A stretch of DNA of 63,098 bases, filler included, from Intoshia linei (GCA_001642005.1; 6 parts of 6 records of this genome joined end to end with filler, not necessarily neighbours in it); one strand, 5' to 3'; numbered from the whole stretch's first letter, positions 12,094 through 25,600 are shown. Program-made: numbers and translations. Notes: a model not told the origin generated them from the sequence alone.

Positions 12094-13993
12094 TTCTTGA
12101 CTTTTGTCATTTCTCGGGAAATGACAATCACTAAAGTATATATACTATTTGATATTTTATTTTACAAACATAATAATCACCACCACAAAAATATTACGGA
12201 AAATTGTTAATTAATTTCATTGTGAGAACCTTGATGACCCTGGTTAGGTCATAGATAAATACATCTAATTTAATAATTATATATGTTTTAGATGCAAAAT
12301 TTGAATTAATGAATCTAAGTCCTTATGAACTCAAATTTTTACTTTATAATATTCTAAGTGTTAAAGAATTTAGTTTGCAAAAATGTACGATACTAAACAT
12401 ACAGTTTTGATCTTTTAAATTAGATAATGAAGACGATTTAACTGATACCTCAAAATCTGACGATTTCAACTCTGTAAAGTGAGCTAATTGAAAATTTTAA
12501 TTTATTTTAAAGATCTCCAATAAAGTCGTATACACTGAAAAATGGAAATGGTGTATGGGTTATCAATACTCAAATTTAGTAGAAATTGATAATTTATCAA
12601 TTAGCGATTATAGCAGTAATATTTCAATTAGTGAAATGGTAAACCAAAAAGAAGATACTAAAGTTAAAGGATGTATAGACAATCGAAAATGTAAAAATAT
12701 GTGGATTAGACGTAGAACTTATGATGCTTCTTTGAATAGTAATATAATTATACATTTTGGGTTTTTTTTCAATATGATACAGTAGAACTGGGATAATTAT
12801 TAATAGATTTTTTTGGATTTCTTTAAATTTTAGAAAAATAAACGATTGCTTTATTTTTTGATAGCGTGAAAACGAGACATTAATTCATATACAATATAAT
12901 ATTAATTGAAAATTAATTTTATTTTTCAATTACATATCCTTGATTCGTTAATGCATTGTTCGGTTGTATCTAATCTTTAATTATATTATATATATATTTA
13001 GGAATTCCTGTTGGTTTTTATGACGGAGTTTGGCATCTTTTAACATTGGTATATAATTTCTGAAATATTTATATTAAATTTAAGTGTGATGAAATTCAAT
13101 TTGAGTCAAAATCTCTTTATAAGGAAATTATTAACGAGGTATTATAAAATTATATTAATACATGTATTTTGGAATATAACCATTAGATGACACCATGCGA
13201 GACACAATTTGCACTAATGGTTGAAAATGTTTTATCGTGTATACAGAAATTAGAATATAAGCAATTGCTAATTGAAACCGTCATGATGTTCATGTCAATC
13301 CATAAAAATTCCAGTAAACTATTAGAGAAGGAAATACCAAGAATCTTAAACATTGATTTTTTTTTGGTTAAAGCCAATCAATTTTTTATGAATGATTTGG
13401 TATATTTATATTTATCATTTGTGTAGTTAAATCTGTTACTTTTTTACATTGGCTCATTCACATTTAATTCAAATTTTCGAACCAATCCATATTTCTATTA
13501 TAATTATTTTACAGTAACTTGGGTCACCCTAAGTGAAACTCTGTAATTTAAAGTGATCTGAAAATACGAAAAGAAATAAATTCTGAAAGTTTAGAATTAA
13601 TTTTGTACACTAAATTTATTGTAAATTTCAGTATTGGGTATCGATATTTATTCCAGATAGTCGACGTGTTTATTCTTATATTTTATTTTTGCCCCAAAGG
13701 GGCGATATCGATAACGTTGGGAAACACTGGTTTATAGATGTTCTCTATCGATATATCAAAATCAATTTTTACAGTAAAATTTTTAGATAAAAAAACTCGT
13801 TGTTGATCAGAAAAACAATGAAACTGAAAAAATTTCCAATTGCTTAGACAATAAAGACAAAATAGACAAATGTTTGCAACTAGATTTGTACAATATTTCT
13901 ATATACTTTTACAATTTACCTCCGATCGGTATATACGGTTCAATGAATTATATTACATCAGCCATATTGACCGAATTAACTAATGAAAAATAA
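12094..13993 (+). CDS. PHKA: Phosphorylase b kinase regulatory subunit alpha, 3' part only
   Basis: ELMNLSPYELKFLLYNILSVKEF, WIRRRTYDASLN|IPVGFYDGVW, MTPCETQFALMVENVLSCIQKLEYKQLLIE and FYNLPPIGIYGSMNY match the PHKA C-terminal motifs. N-terminal exons are not seen. Confidence 0.8.
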
Positions 13994-14066
13994 ATGTTTT
14001 CCTTTGTAAAGTTTAACCTCCGTTTTACCTCTTTCTTTCTTTAAATATGAAGATTTTATTATATAA

Positions 14067-14880
14067 CTAGTTTAACTGTTATATACTTTGTACAAACAGT
14101 TGTGTCGAGGGCGGACTTTTTTAATTATACCAAAAAATGAATTCAATGAGAAACTATTACTTAAAAATGATACTATTCACTATTATCAATCATTTAAAGG
14201 AGTGGTTCCCAAATGTGTTTTACGTAGACCCGTCATATCACATTACCTTTTAATTTAAAGTGAAATAAAATAGTTTCGAAATAAAAAAAAATGAATAATA
14301 AAGTTCTTTTTTGACCGTATGGTATCACTTTGTCAGTTTGAAATTTTTTGTGTGTGTTAACAGGATATAACTGTATCACCAGTAATTTTTTTAAAATTCT
14401 AGGGCTGTTTTCATTTTTATAAAAAAGAGTAATTTGGGATTTTTATCGTGAAAATACATTTTTTTAAGGTTACCATTTAAGATAATGCTTATGATTTTAA
14501 AAACTATTTCAGAATTTAAGTTGCATACAAATTTAGGACTTTTTTAATTTTTACCAAAAAGGGAATTTGTGGTTTTGCCCTTAAAGATATAAGATCTTTG
14601 AAAATTAAAATAATCATAATAATGATGATTTTAAAATTTTAATCAGATTGTATTTTTTTATAATTCTAGGACGGGTTTGAATTTAAAAAAAAAAAAGTAC
14701 AATTGTAGTTCTTGACCTTGATGGACTCAATTTCTCAAAATCAAATTTGAAATAAAACATCACTTTCGAAAAACTTTAATTGAATTTTAAAAGTCAACTA
14801 CTATGAATTTTTTAAATATACTTGAACAAACAAATAAACAAACTGACAAAAATACATTTCAAATTTTTAACTAACAGTAA
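14067..14880 (-). mobile_element. Helitron family copy (degenerate)
   Basis: Reverse-complement 3' end (A|CTAG...CTGTTATATACTTTGTACAAACAG) plus internal blocks homologous to 885-1845. Confidence 0.7.
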
Positions 14881-14936
14881 ATTACTTTATATAAATTAAA
14901 TAATACATATTGAACAATCTAAATACATTGTACCTA

Positions 14937-15072
14937 TTAGGTCGTTTCATAAGTAATGTCGTTTTTATTGTAACTTTATTATAAATCATTATATCTTTAC
15001 GAATATTTACTGTAAGTTCGTTATTTTTTTATTTTTACGAAATATGGACAAATGTGTATTCGATGAAAGAGT
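14937..15072 (+). mobile_element. Second copy of the mariner 5' end
   Basis: Nearly identical to 11733-11868 and runs into an assembly gap. Confidence 0.8.
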
Positions 15073-15172
15073 NNNNNNNNNNNNNNNNNNNNNNNNNNNN
15101 NNNNNNNNNNNNNNNNTTAATTAATTAANNNNNNNNNNNNNNNNNNNNNNNNNNNNNNNNNNNNNNNNNNNN

Positions 15173-15290
15173 GGGTTGGTAAAACTAGAATTTTTCTTTT
15201 AGGGTTGGTAAAACTGGAATTTTTCTTTTTAGGGTTGTTAAAACTGAATTTTTCCTGTTAGTGTTGGTAAATTTTGATTTTTAGTAAAAA
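15173..15290 (+). repeat. ~28-30-bp minisatellite (AGGGTTGGTAAAACTRGAATTTTTCTTTT) adjoining Helitron internal sequence
   Basis: About 4 degenerate tandem units. Related units at ~38050-38105 and, reverse-complemented, at ~85-190 and ~22280-22400. Confidence 0.65.
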
Positions 15291-16008
15291 TGGTTGGATT
15301 TAAGTAGACTTTTTTTAAAATCATAAGAATTATCATAAATGAAAACATCAAAAAAGATAATTTTCACGATCAAAACCACAGATTACTTTTTTTTAAAAAT
15401 TAAATATAAATTACAGATGGTAGTTGTATCCTGTCAACACACACAAAAAATTTCAATTTGAATAAGTGACGCCTTCACGGTTAAAAAAGTACTTTAGTAT
15501 TCTTTTTTTTTTATTTCGAAAAAATTTTCCCATTAATAAGTAATTAAAATCTATAGTTTCGTTTATAAGTACCGTTTAACTTGAAACTTACAGTATTGGG
15601 TAAAATTTAAACAGTCACGTCCGAAGTCTGGGCCCGTGGAGAAGTGGCTATATTACATTACGCATCGTAAGCAAAATATATTTTTAGGGCCAATTTTTCA
15701 TTTTCGGAGGCCTCGAGTATGGTAGGTTCGACTCTGAAGATTCCAACATTACTGATTATCACTTTAACCATTTAACTCTGAAATTGCTATACTATTAACA
15801 ATATTAATAAATCAAGTCATTGGCATTGCTCTAGTTTTTAACATTAATATCAATATAAATAAAACACTACTAAATAGAAAAATTGAGATTAGTGTAACCA
15901 AACTCTAAAATCGATAAATCTTAACGACATTTGTAAAATGTACCTTCATAAATCAATGTTTACATGGAAACATTTTGTAATTTTTGAATTCGTAAAAATT
16001 TTAAATAA

Positions 16009-18244
16009 ATGATAATAACATCGATTCCTCAATCTAAAAAGTCTCTTGCTTTCGCAAATTGTGGTTTTTTGAGGTAATTTAAATGTATAAATCACTTAAA
16101 CATCCTTTAGCTCGCATAATTTTAAAAATTTCAAAAGCACAAATGAATACGCGTACATAAAAGTCCAAGTAGACAGAAAATGTTTTGCGATAACGACAAA
16201 ACTGGACAAATGCGTCAACAAGGGAGAATTACAATTATCGGGAGTTTTTCGATCATGGATGGGTATAAACGAAGGTGACTCTGTGACTGTGGAAAAATTG
16301 GAAATTAACATATCTGAATTGGCTGCAATCGGAATTTCCTTTATAATTGAACCCTTTAAACAAGATTCCGTTAAACGATCTGTCGATTGTACGAGATTGT
16401 CTACCTATTTGAACGAAACAATGTGCTCTCATATAATTAGCAGCAATCAAATATTCTTGGTAGAACTGAAACGAAACCTTTATAAAATAACTGTAGAAAA
16501 AATTTCACTCGTGTCAGACCAAAAACAAATGCAACAAATGGGATTCACATCAGTTAATACGACGTACCATTTTAAAAGTAATAATTCAAATTTGATATTA
16601 TCTGGTGCAGATAATTTACCATCTATTTTCACAACAGGTTGGGATTTTAGTAAATTAGGCGTGGGCGGTTTATCGGATGAATTTCAGTATCTCTTTCGAA
16701 GAGCTTTTGTTTCAAGGATGTGTCCGCCTGAGTTGATTGCACAAATTGGTGAAATTCATTGCAGAGGTATTTTATTATATGGACCTCCTGGAACGGGTAA
16801 AACCTTGCTGGCTCGTGAAATTTGTAAAATGTTGCACACCCACGAACCTAAAATTGTAAACGGACCGGAAATTTTAAACAAATATGTTGGAGAATCTGAA
16901 TCAAATATTAGAAAATTATTTGAGGATGCAGAAGTTGATGAAAAAAAATTTGGTATAAAATCACCTTTACACATCATAATTTTTGACGAAATTGATGCAA
17001 TTTGTAAAAAAAGAGGAACTGTTGGAGGTGGCTCTGGGGTCTATGATAGTGTAATTAATCAACTGTTGAGCAAGTTGGACGGGGTAGAACAATTGAACAA
17101 TATTTTGGTAATTGGAATGACTAACCGTAAAGACATGATTGATGAAGCGTTATTGAGACCAGGCCGATTAGGGGTTCACATCCAGATAGGTCTCCCGTCC
17201 GAGTCTGGCAGGGTTGAAATTTTGAAAATTCATACAGAAAAAATAAAAAAATCTGGTCGATTAAACAAAGACGTGGATTTAAATGTCATTGCAAAAAAGT
17301 GTAAAAATTTTTCTGGCGCAGAATGTGAAGCATTAGTTCGCGCAGCAACCACCCGCGCTTTGAATAGTTTGGTGAATGTAGGTAAAAGAATAAAACTGAA
17401 ACCAAATGCTCACAAGAGTATATTGGTAAAGCAGCAGCATTTATTGGAAGCTGCAAAAGAAGACATTCAACCATCCTTTGGAACCGAAATAACTAAAATT
17501 AACCATTATTGTCGTAATGGGATCATAATGTGCAATGAAAACATGGAATCTGCGATTGAAGAATCGCTATCGTTTATAAAAGAAGCAGCAAATGTCGATT
17601 ATTCAAACAGACTTGTTTCCATTCTTTTTGAAGGAGCGCCTGGTGCAGGAAAAACTGCTATAGCGGCCCATTTGGCAAAATTATCAAACTTTCCATTTAT
17701 AAAAATTATTTCATCAAAAAATCTGATTGGATTCTCCGATTTAATGAAATGCAATAGGATTAATCAAATTTTTGAAGACGCTTACAAATCACCATTGAGT
17801 TGCATAATTTTAGATTGTATAGAATCTTTGATTGATTTTGTGGCAATTGGTCCAAGATTTTCAAATAGTGTACTACAAACCATATTGACGTTACTTAAAC
17901 ACCACCCTCCAGGAAACGATAGACTGGTTATTCTTGCTACGACTTCCAGAAAAGACGTATTAATGCAACTAAATATTGATATAAACTTTTCTCATATTGT
18001 TCACATTCCCATTATAACCACCCCTACAGATGTTGTCACCGTATTAAATTCTTTTGGACACTTTGAAACTCTCCTCGATAAACAAATTATAACCAAGCTA
18101 CTCGTAGAATATCAAGATAAAATTTTGCTTGGTATAAAAAGACTTATTGCAGCAATCGATCTTTCCTTAATGACTCAACATTTTAACGAAAATATTGAAA
18201 AAGAAATTGTTGACAACATTTGTGAAATGCATCTTGATTATTAA
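16009..18244 (+). CDS. NSF: Vesicle-fusing ATPase NSF (2 exons, intron 16074-16110)
   Basis: N-terminus MIITSIPQSKKSLAFANC, LGVGGL...FRRAFVSR, D1 GPPGTGKT / IVNGPEILNKYVGESE / FDEID / ALLRPGRL, D2 GAPGAGKT / DAYKSPLS / IGPRFSN. Confidence 0.97.
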
Positions 18245-19647
18245 AATTATAGAAATTCAAATTTAAATTGTAAAATTAAAAATTAAAGTTTATTTCATGG
18301 TTAAAGATTTTAAACTTTTCATTTGTTTGAGATTCCATAGAATTTTCAAATTTTATTTACCAAATTTATAAATGAATCATAGTGAATGTCTGAATTAAAA
18401 TTAAGGTAATTTTGGAATTTAATATATATTTAATATGGACGTTTATCCATTAATTGTCAACATAGTCTCTTTATGATGTAGTTTAAAATTAATTGATTCG
18501 ATTTGTTTTTTTATTATTGCTACATTTCATTACAAAATAATCAATATTGTTCTAGCATTAATTTGTACATTTTAATTTTGTAAATTTTATTTAAATGCTG
18601 CGATTAAATGTAAAGTTTGAAAGGTAATTTAATTAATTATAAGGCTAATTTTGTAATGATATCCTCTTGGCTGTTTTGTATTAAAACTGTAAAAATATTA
18701 AAAATTCCGCGGTCGAGTGGTTTCCACAACATGAGTTAACCTGATTACAAAATTATTGAAATGGTTATTTAATGTCGTGTAAAGTGTGTAGAATTTGTTT
18801 ATTCCAATATCTTGTAAACTGTCGGATTTTATTTTATATCCAAATTTGCATTATTTTGAGTAAGCGTCATTGAATAATATCAATGTTGAGTAATTGCAAT
18901 TTACTTATCGTTGAAAAATCTTGGTTTAATTATTTATTATTATTATTTATTTATTTTATTACATGGTACTTTTATTTTTATAGACACTTTGTCCGAGAAA
19001 TAGAAATTCATTTAATAAGAGTATCAAAATTTACCGCTTCAATTCTTTATGTTGATTATAATCCACATTTGATATTATTTATATTTTAAAATGTGTTTCT
19101 TTTACTAAGTCGTTCTGTAATTTAATTAAAACAGAGTAGTTGGCTCGATTCTGCAGCAATCTGATAATTTCAATTCAATATTGATGTATGGAATTGGAAT
19201 TAACTGGATTAGATAATGAAGGATACCAGATTCATTTTATTTGATCAATACTTTTTGAGGTATAGATAACTCACTTTACTAAGCTAATTGAAAATGTATG
19301 TACTTCCATGTTTCACAAATACACCTACTCTAAATACAAACCGTATGCGGCACTATAATAATTTTTTACAAATATCAGACTAGGAAAGGTTCCAGTCAGT
19401 GTCAGACCAGTGGCTTAAAATCAATTAATTTATTCTCAATTGGTTCATCGATTAAATCTCGACTGTTGTAAATTATGTAATAATATTTTTACAACATAAG
19501 ATGTATATGTATTAAATCCATTTAACTTTAAAAGGACTAATTTGGACATGTATAACTTACATCAAATTTCTATTATCCTTTCCTTCTTTATGTGATTACA
19601 TTTTTATTTTTTTAGTTGATTTATTGAAATGTGTCGACAATTTTAAT

Positions 19648-22600
19648 ATGTGGCATTTATTTTTATTGGTTCAGCTCATACAGTTCAAATGCTTTCTTGG
19701 ACAGGATTTCAACTATTTGAGTCATCTTCCCAACGTTAATGTTGAATCTGGCAGGAGCATTACATTGTGCTGTACAATTTGGCCGAAACGGAGTGTTGGG
19801 GAAATTACTTTTTCGTGGCACTTGAATAACCAGTTTATCCATCTTTCTTATCACAACGATTTTACTTCCTGTACCAAGATTGCTAATACAGCCGCTCATG
19901 ACAGTGGCAAGTACCGTTGTTCTGCTGATATCTTTTATGGACAAAATATGCACACTTTTACCAACTACACCATTCTAGACATTATCCAAGATTTGCCTAG
20001 CGGGTTTCCAGTTATCATGAAAGAACCTCAACTCAAAGCTGTCAAAGTCGGTGATTCTATTCAATTTAATTGTCACTATGATGCTTATCCTGCTGCTACA
20101 GTAGAATGGCTCAAAGATAATTTACCACTTGAAAAAGTAGAACGAATTAAATTTTTACCAAATGGTATTATTTATTATTAATTCCATTATTAATTAATTT
20201 TTAGGCAACTTGAAACTGCACAGATCGACGCAGCTAGACGAAGGTCAATACTCATGTGTAGTTTCCAATAAATATGGCGCTACCCAATCTCATGGAGCTA
20301 ATTTGTATATAAAAGGTAAGTTTGGTGTTAAATGTATCCTACCTATTTGCAGACAGGATATTAACCTGGAAATGCATTTGGTGGGCTACCGTAATAAAAT
20401 AAAATATGCTTTGTAATATTGATTATCTATCCAATTATATTGCTAAATCAATATTCGTTGTGGTTGCTTTGGTGTCGTTAATGGCTTAATAATTTTGTAG
20501 TTCCCAGAATACCACCTCACTTTGTACAGCTGCCTCCAAAAGTAATATCAATTCTCAACGGCTCTGCAATCAATCTAACTTGCATTGTCGATGGGTACCC
20601 AAAGCCTTCTTTAAAATGGATGAAAAATGATGTAATTTTAATCCCTAGAGATGGAGTAATTATCAAAGAGTCTAATGATTTAATGAAAAAATCTACTCTT
20701 TTGTACAATACAATTAAATGTTCATCAAATTTTACTTGCGTAGCTGAATCCGAAATAGGAACCATTGAAGCTAGCACCTTTGTGTATTTTAAAGGTTAAT
20801 TGCCTTTTTCAAAATCTGTGATAATTTAGATTTACCGGTCAGTCCCACAAATTTATCAACATTGAAAATAAAAAGCACTTCTATACTTTTGACATGGAGC
20901 GATTCGTCCCCTAGGCGTAATTATTTTACAGAATGGAAGAATAAATATAATTCATCCTTTATGATTGTTCAAAAAAATTTAATTTCTCAATCAACCAAGA
21001 AACTGTTGACGAGTAAAAAGTTTATTCAAATTATTGGCCTAGAACCCTTTACTACTTATTCCTTTCAAATTTTTACCATAAATGAATCCGGGAAATCTCC
21101 AACCAGTAGCGAGATAACAGTAACCACAGCGGAAGATTGTAACCGATTTTATCATTTTTTTTTATTTTTTAGCACCCACAGATTATCCTATGAAAGTTCA
21201 AGCGTTAGGTATACGACCAAATACAATTAAAGTTATTTGGGATAACCCAGATCGTATTAACGGAAAACTTGAGGTAATTTTTTTATATTTTTTTTAATTA
21301 GTCGTCTCGTTTTGTAGGGTTTCAATGTTTATTACACCGATCATAAAGTTTTGAATATTCTGGATTGGAAAGTTTTCCATATACAGTCAGCTCCAGCCAT
21401 TATATCGAATTGCAAAGCAAATTCAACTTATTCAATTGCTATATCTGCTTTAACTATAGCTGGAGAAGGTCCAACGTCGCCTACTGTTAAAGTTACATGT
21501 CTACCGGGAAGTAACATTTAAAAAAATTTTATTGGATACAGGGGTGTTCAAATGGTTGCGCGAATTCTTTTTATTATGGCGGTTTTTATATTCTGGCGTT
21601 TCTGGTAAAAATAGTACGTTTTTTATTTACAATTATAATTATAAACGCATTTTATTATTGTTAAATCAATTATTAACGCAGGAAAATACATACAAATTTA
21701 GAGTTGGTTCGTACTGAACATTGCAGTTTTCTCAACCGGGCCTTTCGTCAAAATTTAAGTGAGCACGGGGAAAAATTATTTATGAGTATATCATTACTTT
21801 GTAACATTCAAGTATATTTACGATAAGGTTTCATAACAAATAGAAAATTTGACAGGTAAACCGTTGAAAAGGTGAAAAAGTCTACACTACACCAAAAATA
21901 TTTTTGTTTTCCTTTTTAATTGCGAAATACCGATCACAAAAGGTAAATTTCTGTTTTTTTTCAATTCAAAAATCTTAGTTAAATGATACTGATCATATTT
22001 TATTTTTAAAAAGATCGTAGAGAAATGAATCGTTAAAAAATAAAGATTCCCATTAGAACAGTGGTTTCCGATTAGTGGTTCAAAACTATATGCCTGGGCC
22101 TGTGAGATTAAAATAAAATATAAAAAAAAAATTTATCAACTTTTATTTATTTTTATAGATAATTTTTAATATTTATAACATAGTTGGCAGATGTTGGGAA
22201 TTTATACCAAAGCCTAGACGACATCTATATTTTTATTTTAAAAATATCACTTTTATCATACCAAATTCAAACACCAAAATAAAAAATCCAATTTTATTAA
22301 CCCTTGAGTGAAAAATGCGATTTTACCAAATCTTATGAGCAACAACTTCCTACTTCAAACATCAAAATGAAAAATCCAATTTTACCAACTCTTAATGGAA
22401 AATCCCCTTTTCCAATGTTTTTTTGAAATATCAGATTTTACTTATTTTATGAGCAACAACTTCTTAATATAACTTATACTTACTTTTATATGCCCATGAT
22501 TTATATTACATTTTTATTTTATACATATATATATATATATTATTACATATTTATTATTCTGATTAAATTTATTTTTCTGGTAGAATAGAAATGTCCGCCC

Positions 22601-25600
22601 TCGGCAGAGATAGGATGCTGTTTGTACGAAGTACATAACAGTCAAGCTAGTACTTTATAAAATATTTCCAAATAATCGCCCATTGTTAAAAAGTTAAAAC
22701 TACCCCACTTTTATAATTTCGAAAAAAATACAAACATCATTTTTACATTCAGAAGAGTGATCACCCCTGAATTAAAATGTGTATTTATATATATATATAT
22801 ATTTTAATTTTATTATAATAGTTAACCCAACATTAGGTATTTTTACATTCTGCACTTAATTAACGTCATTAATCACACTTATAATTAATTTTATAATATT
22901 TGCACAACGCTTTTTATGCACATATTTATTAACTTTTATTTGTGTATTTAATTTCATTTTAGTTCCCGGCCAACCTACCAATTTTACGGCTGAGGCTACC
23001 AATTCAAGTAGGATAATTTTACGCTGGCTTCCGCCAATGAATCCTGATTCAATAACCAACTATGAACTGTATTATACAGATGAAACGCGATCGAAAGAAT
23101 TTACCCAATTTATTCCTACCAAAACTAAAACTTACATTATTGACAACGTTTACCCCAACACGGAATATAGTTTTAAAATTGCTTCTCGGTCCACATTAGG
23201 TTTGAGTCCGACTGCTGCTATTGTTTCTGTTTTGACTCCTTTATATGGTAATTTTATTTTTATATTTTGCATGTTGCATGTTTGTAGCTCCGTTGTTGCC
23301 CGCACATATCATCAAAATACAGGAAGACAGAAATTCAACCTTGGTTGACAATTTTGTGTCAATTAAAATATCGTGGATACATAACGGACACTCCATTTAT
23401 TCAGATTTTGGATTTATTTTGCGAATTGAACATGTAGAAGGAGATCCAATGAATGAGTTGTTTTTTAAAATCAATAACGAAGAAACATTTACAAATTCCG
23501 ATTCATTTATGCCCAATGTTTATAATCAAGATTTGGAAAATTCTCAGTTTAAGATTATTTGGGTAAAACTTAATGATCTGTACAAGACGAATTACTTTTT
23601 AAATTCCAATAAATTTGAACAGAGATTTATTAAAAATGTTCTTATTTCCAAAATAATGAATTATGACAATGTTGTAATTTACTTGACTAAAATAAAAGAA
23701 GGAAAGGGAAAATTTGGAGAGTTTATAGATTCAGATAAAAATTTTAAATTGACCACAAACGAACATGTCAGTTTGTCGCAAAATGACTTACAATTTACTG
23801 TAAATTTTGACCAATTGACAAAATGGACTTCGTATCATATATTGTTGACTGCATGTAATTCTAAAGGATTAGGTCCCGAATCTAACCCAACTTATATCAA
23901 AACGCATGAAGGAGGTGAATTGTTTTTATAATTATAAGTATATTTTGTGTTTTAACGTAAAAATATTAATTATTATTTATTTGCCTTTAGTGCCTGGTGA
24001 ACCTAAATTTGTTAGTGTACTAGCAATTAATTCAACAGCGTTTCTGATTGAATGGGTCCCTCCGGATGTTGAAGATCGAAATGGAATAATGCGTGGATAC
24101 AACATTTTTTATCGAAAAAAATCCGTCAGTTCAAAACATTGGAGACAGTTGAGTGTAAATGATGGTATGAATACCGAATTTATATTGAACAATCTTATAC
24201 CGAGTACATCTTATGAGGTAAAAATAATTGAATACATTATCTATTTTTATAGATCAAAGTATCTGCGTTTACTGCATCTGGAGAGGGTCGGAAAAGTGAA
24301 ATTTATTATGGAAAAACAACACACTCTTTACCTGACTTACTCAATAATGTAATTATGCAAAATACTAACAATATGGTCAATGTGCGATGGACGAATCCAT
24401 CCAAAGATTCTGGCATTACCGGTTATAGAATAATATACAACAAAATTGGCCACAAAAATTCAATTGAACAAATACTCCCTCTTGAAACAATTTCCTTTAC
24501 TACGCCTATTTTAGGTATACAAAAATTTATTAAGTGTACAAATGTTTTAGATTTTTCTTCTACTTATAAATTTCGCATTGCCGCTAAAAGTAAATTGGGT
24601 TTTGGTAAGGACGTAGTCCATGTGATACACATTCCGGATGGGGGTAATTTTGAATTAATCATTTTAATTATATTTATTAGTTCCCACTCAGCCGCCTAGC
24701 TCTTTAGAAATTAGATCATTGTCCAAGAACCAGTATAAAATAACTTGGCAGAATTTAAAGATGAAATTTTCTAATGGAAAAATTCAAGTTTACGAAGTTT
24801 CATGTGCCCTGTCCACTATTGAATATCCAAAATCAGCTGAATCAGTCAACTTATATTCTCAAATGTTTGTTGGTTTTCAAGAAATTTCTCAACCTCCAAG
24901 AATTTATAATTATGATTCATCTCGAGAAAAACGATTCAATACAACGGATACTTACTTAATTTTAGATTTAGAAAAGGATAGAAATTTTGTTATTAAAGTT
25001 AGAGCATATACGTCAACTGGACCTGGACCTTGGTCAGTTGCTAAAAAATTTAAAACTTTGAAAAATTGTAATTTTGGATTTATAAGTATATCGGGTTATC
25101 AACGAAGAAATCGGGATCGATTAATTACAGTGTAAATTGTAGAATGTTGACACGTATTTACATGAGAAATTATTGATTTTACTTGGATAATAATAGTTAT
25201 AATAATTAAATATAGAAAACCAATTATATATCAAAATCGTTTGCCTGTTTTGAACTGTATATAAACATCTATTTTTAAAAATGTTTCGATAAAATCTAAA
25301 ATTGACTTTATCAACTCGAAATGGAAACATCTACATTTATCAGTCTTAAGAAAAAAATTATATTTAGCAACCTGAAATAGAAAAATTCCAACAGGATCCG
25401 AACCTACTAAGCTCGAGGCCACCCTAACATGAAAAATAGATTCTAAGAAAAATTGTATACACAATGCGTAGTGTCATATGTCCCTAACCTCCTCTATAAG
25501 GATCTTAACTTGGCATTTTCAATTTAACACAAAGTAGTTAGGATATTCAACAATATAATTTTTAAGTGCTTAATTTGGAAAAATGAGACTTCTATTTTAC

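Noticed and set aside
15073-15172. TTAATTAATTAA centred in N runs (also 30629-30728, 45392-45491, 55542-55641, 60356-60455)
   Set aside because: Identical 100-nt spacer with stops in all six frames. It is an artificial scaffolding linker, not biology.
15630-15735. tRNA/SINE-like A-box (TGGAGAAGTGG) and B-box (GGTTCGACTC)
   Set aside because: No cloverleaf could be folded, and the flanks look like degenerate MITE termini.
16259-18244. ORF-track starts for NSF (16259) and the LAR exon (26438)
   Set aside because: NSF has an upstream exon from 16009, and the LAR ORF is an internal exon starting at 26502.
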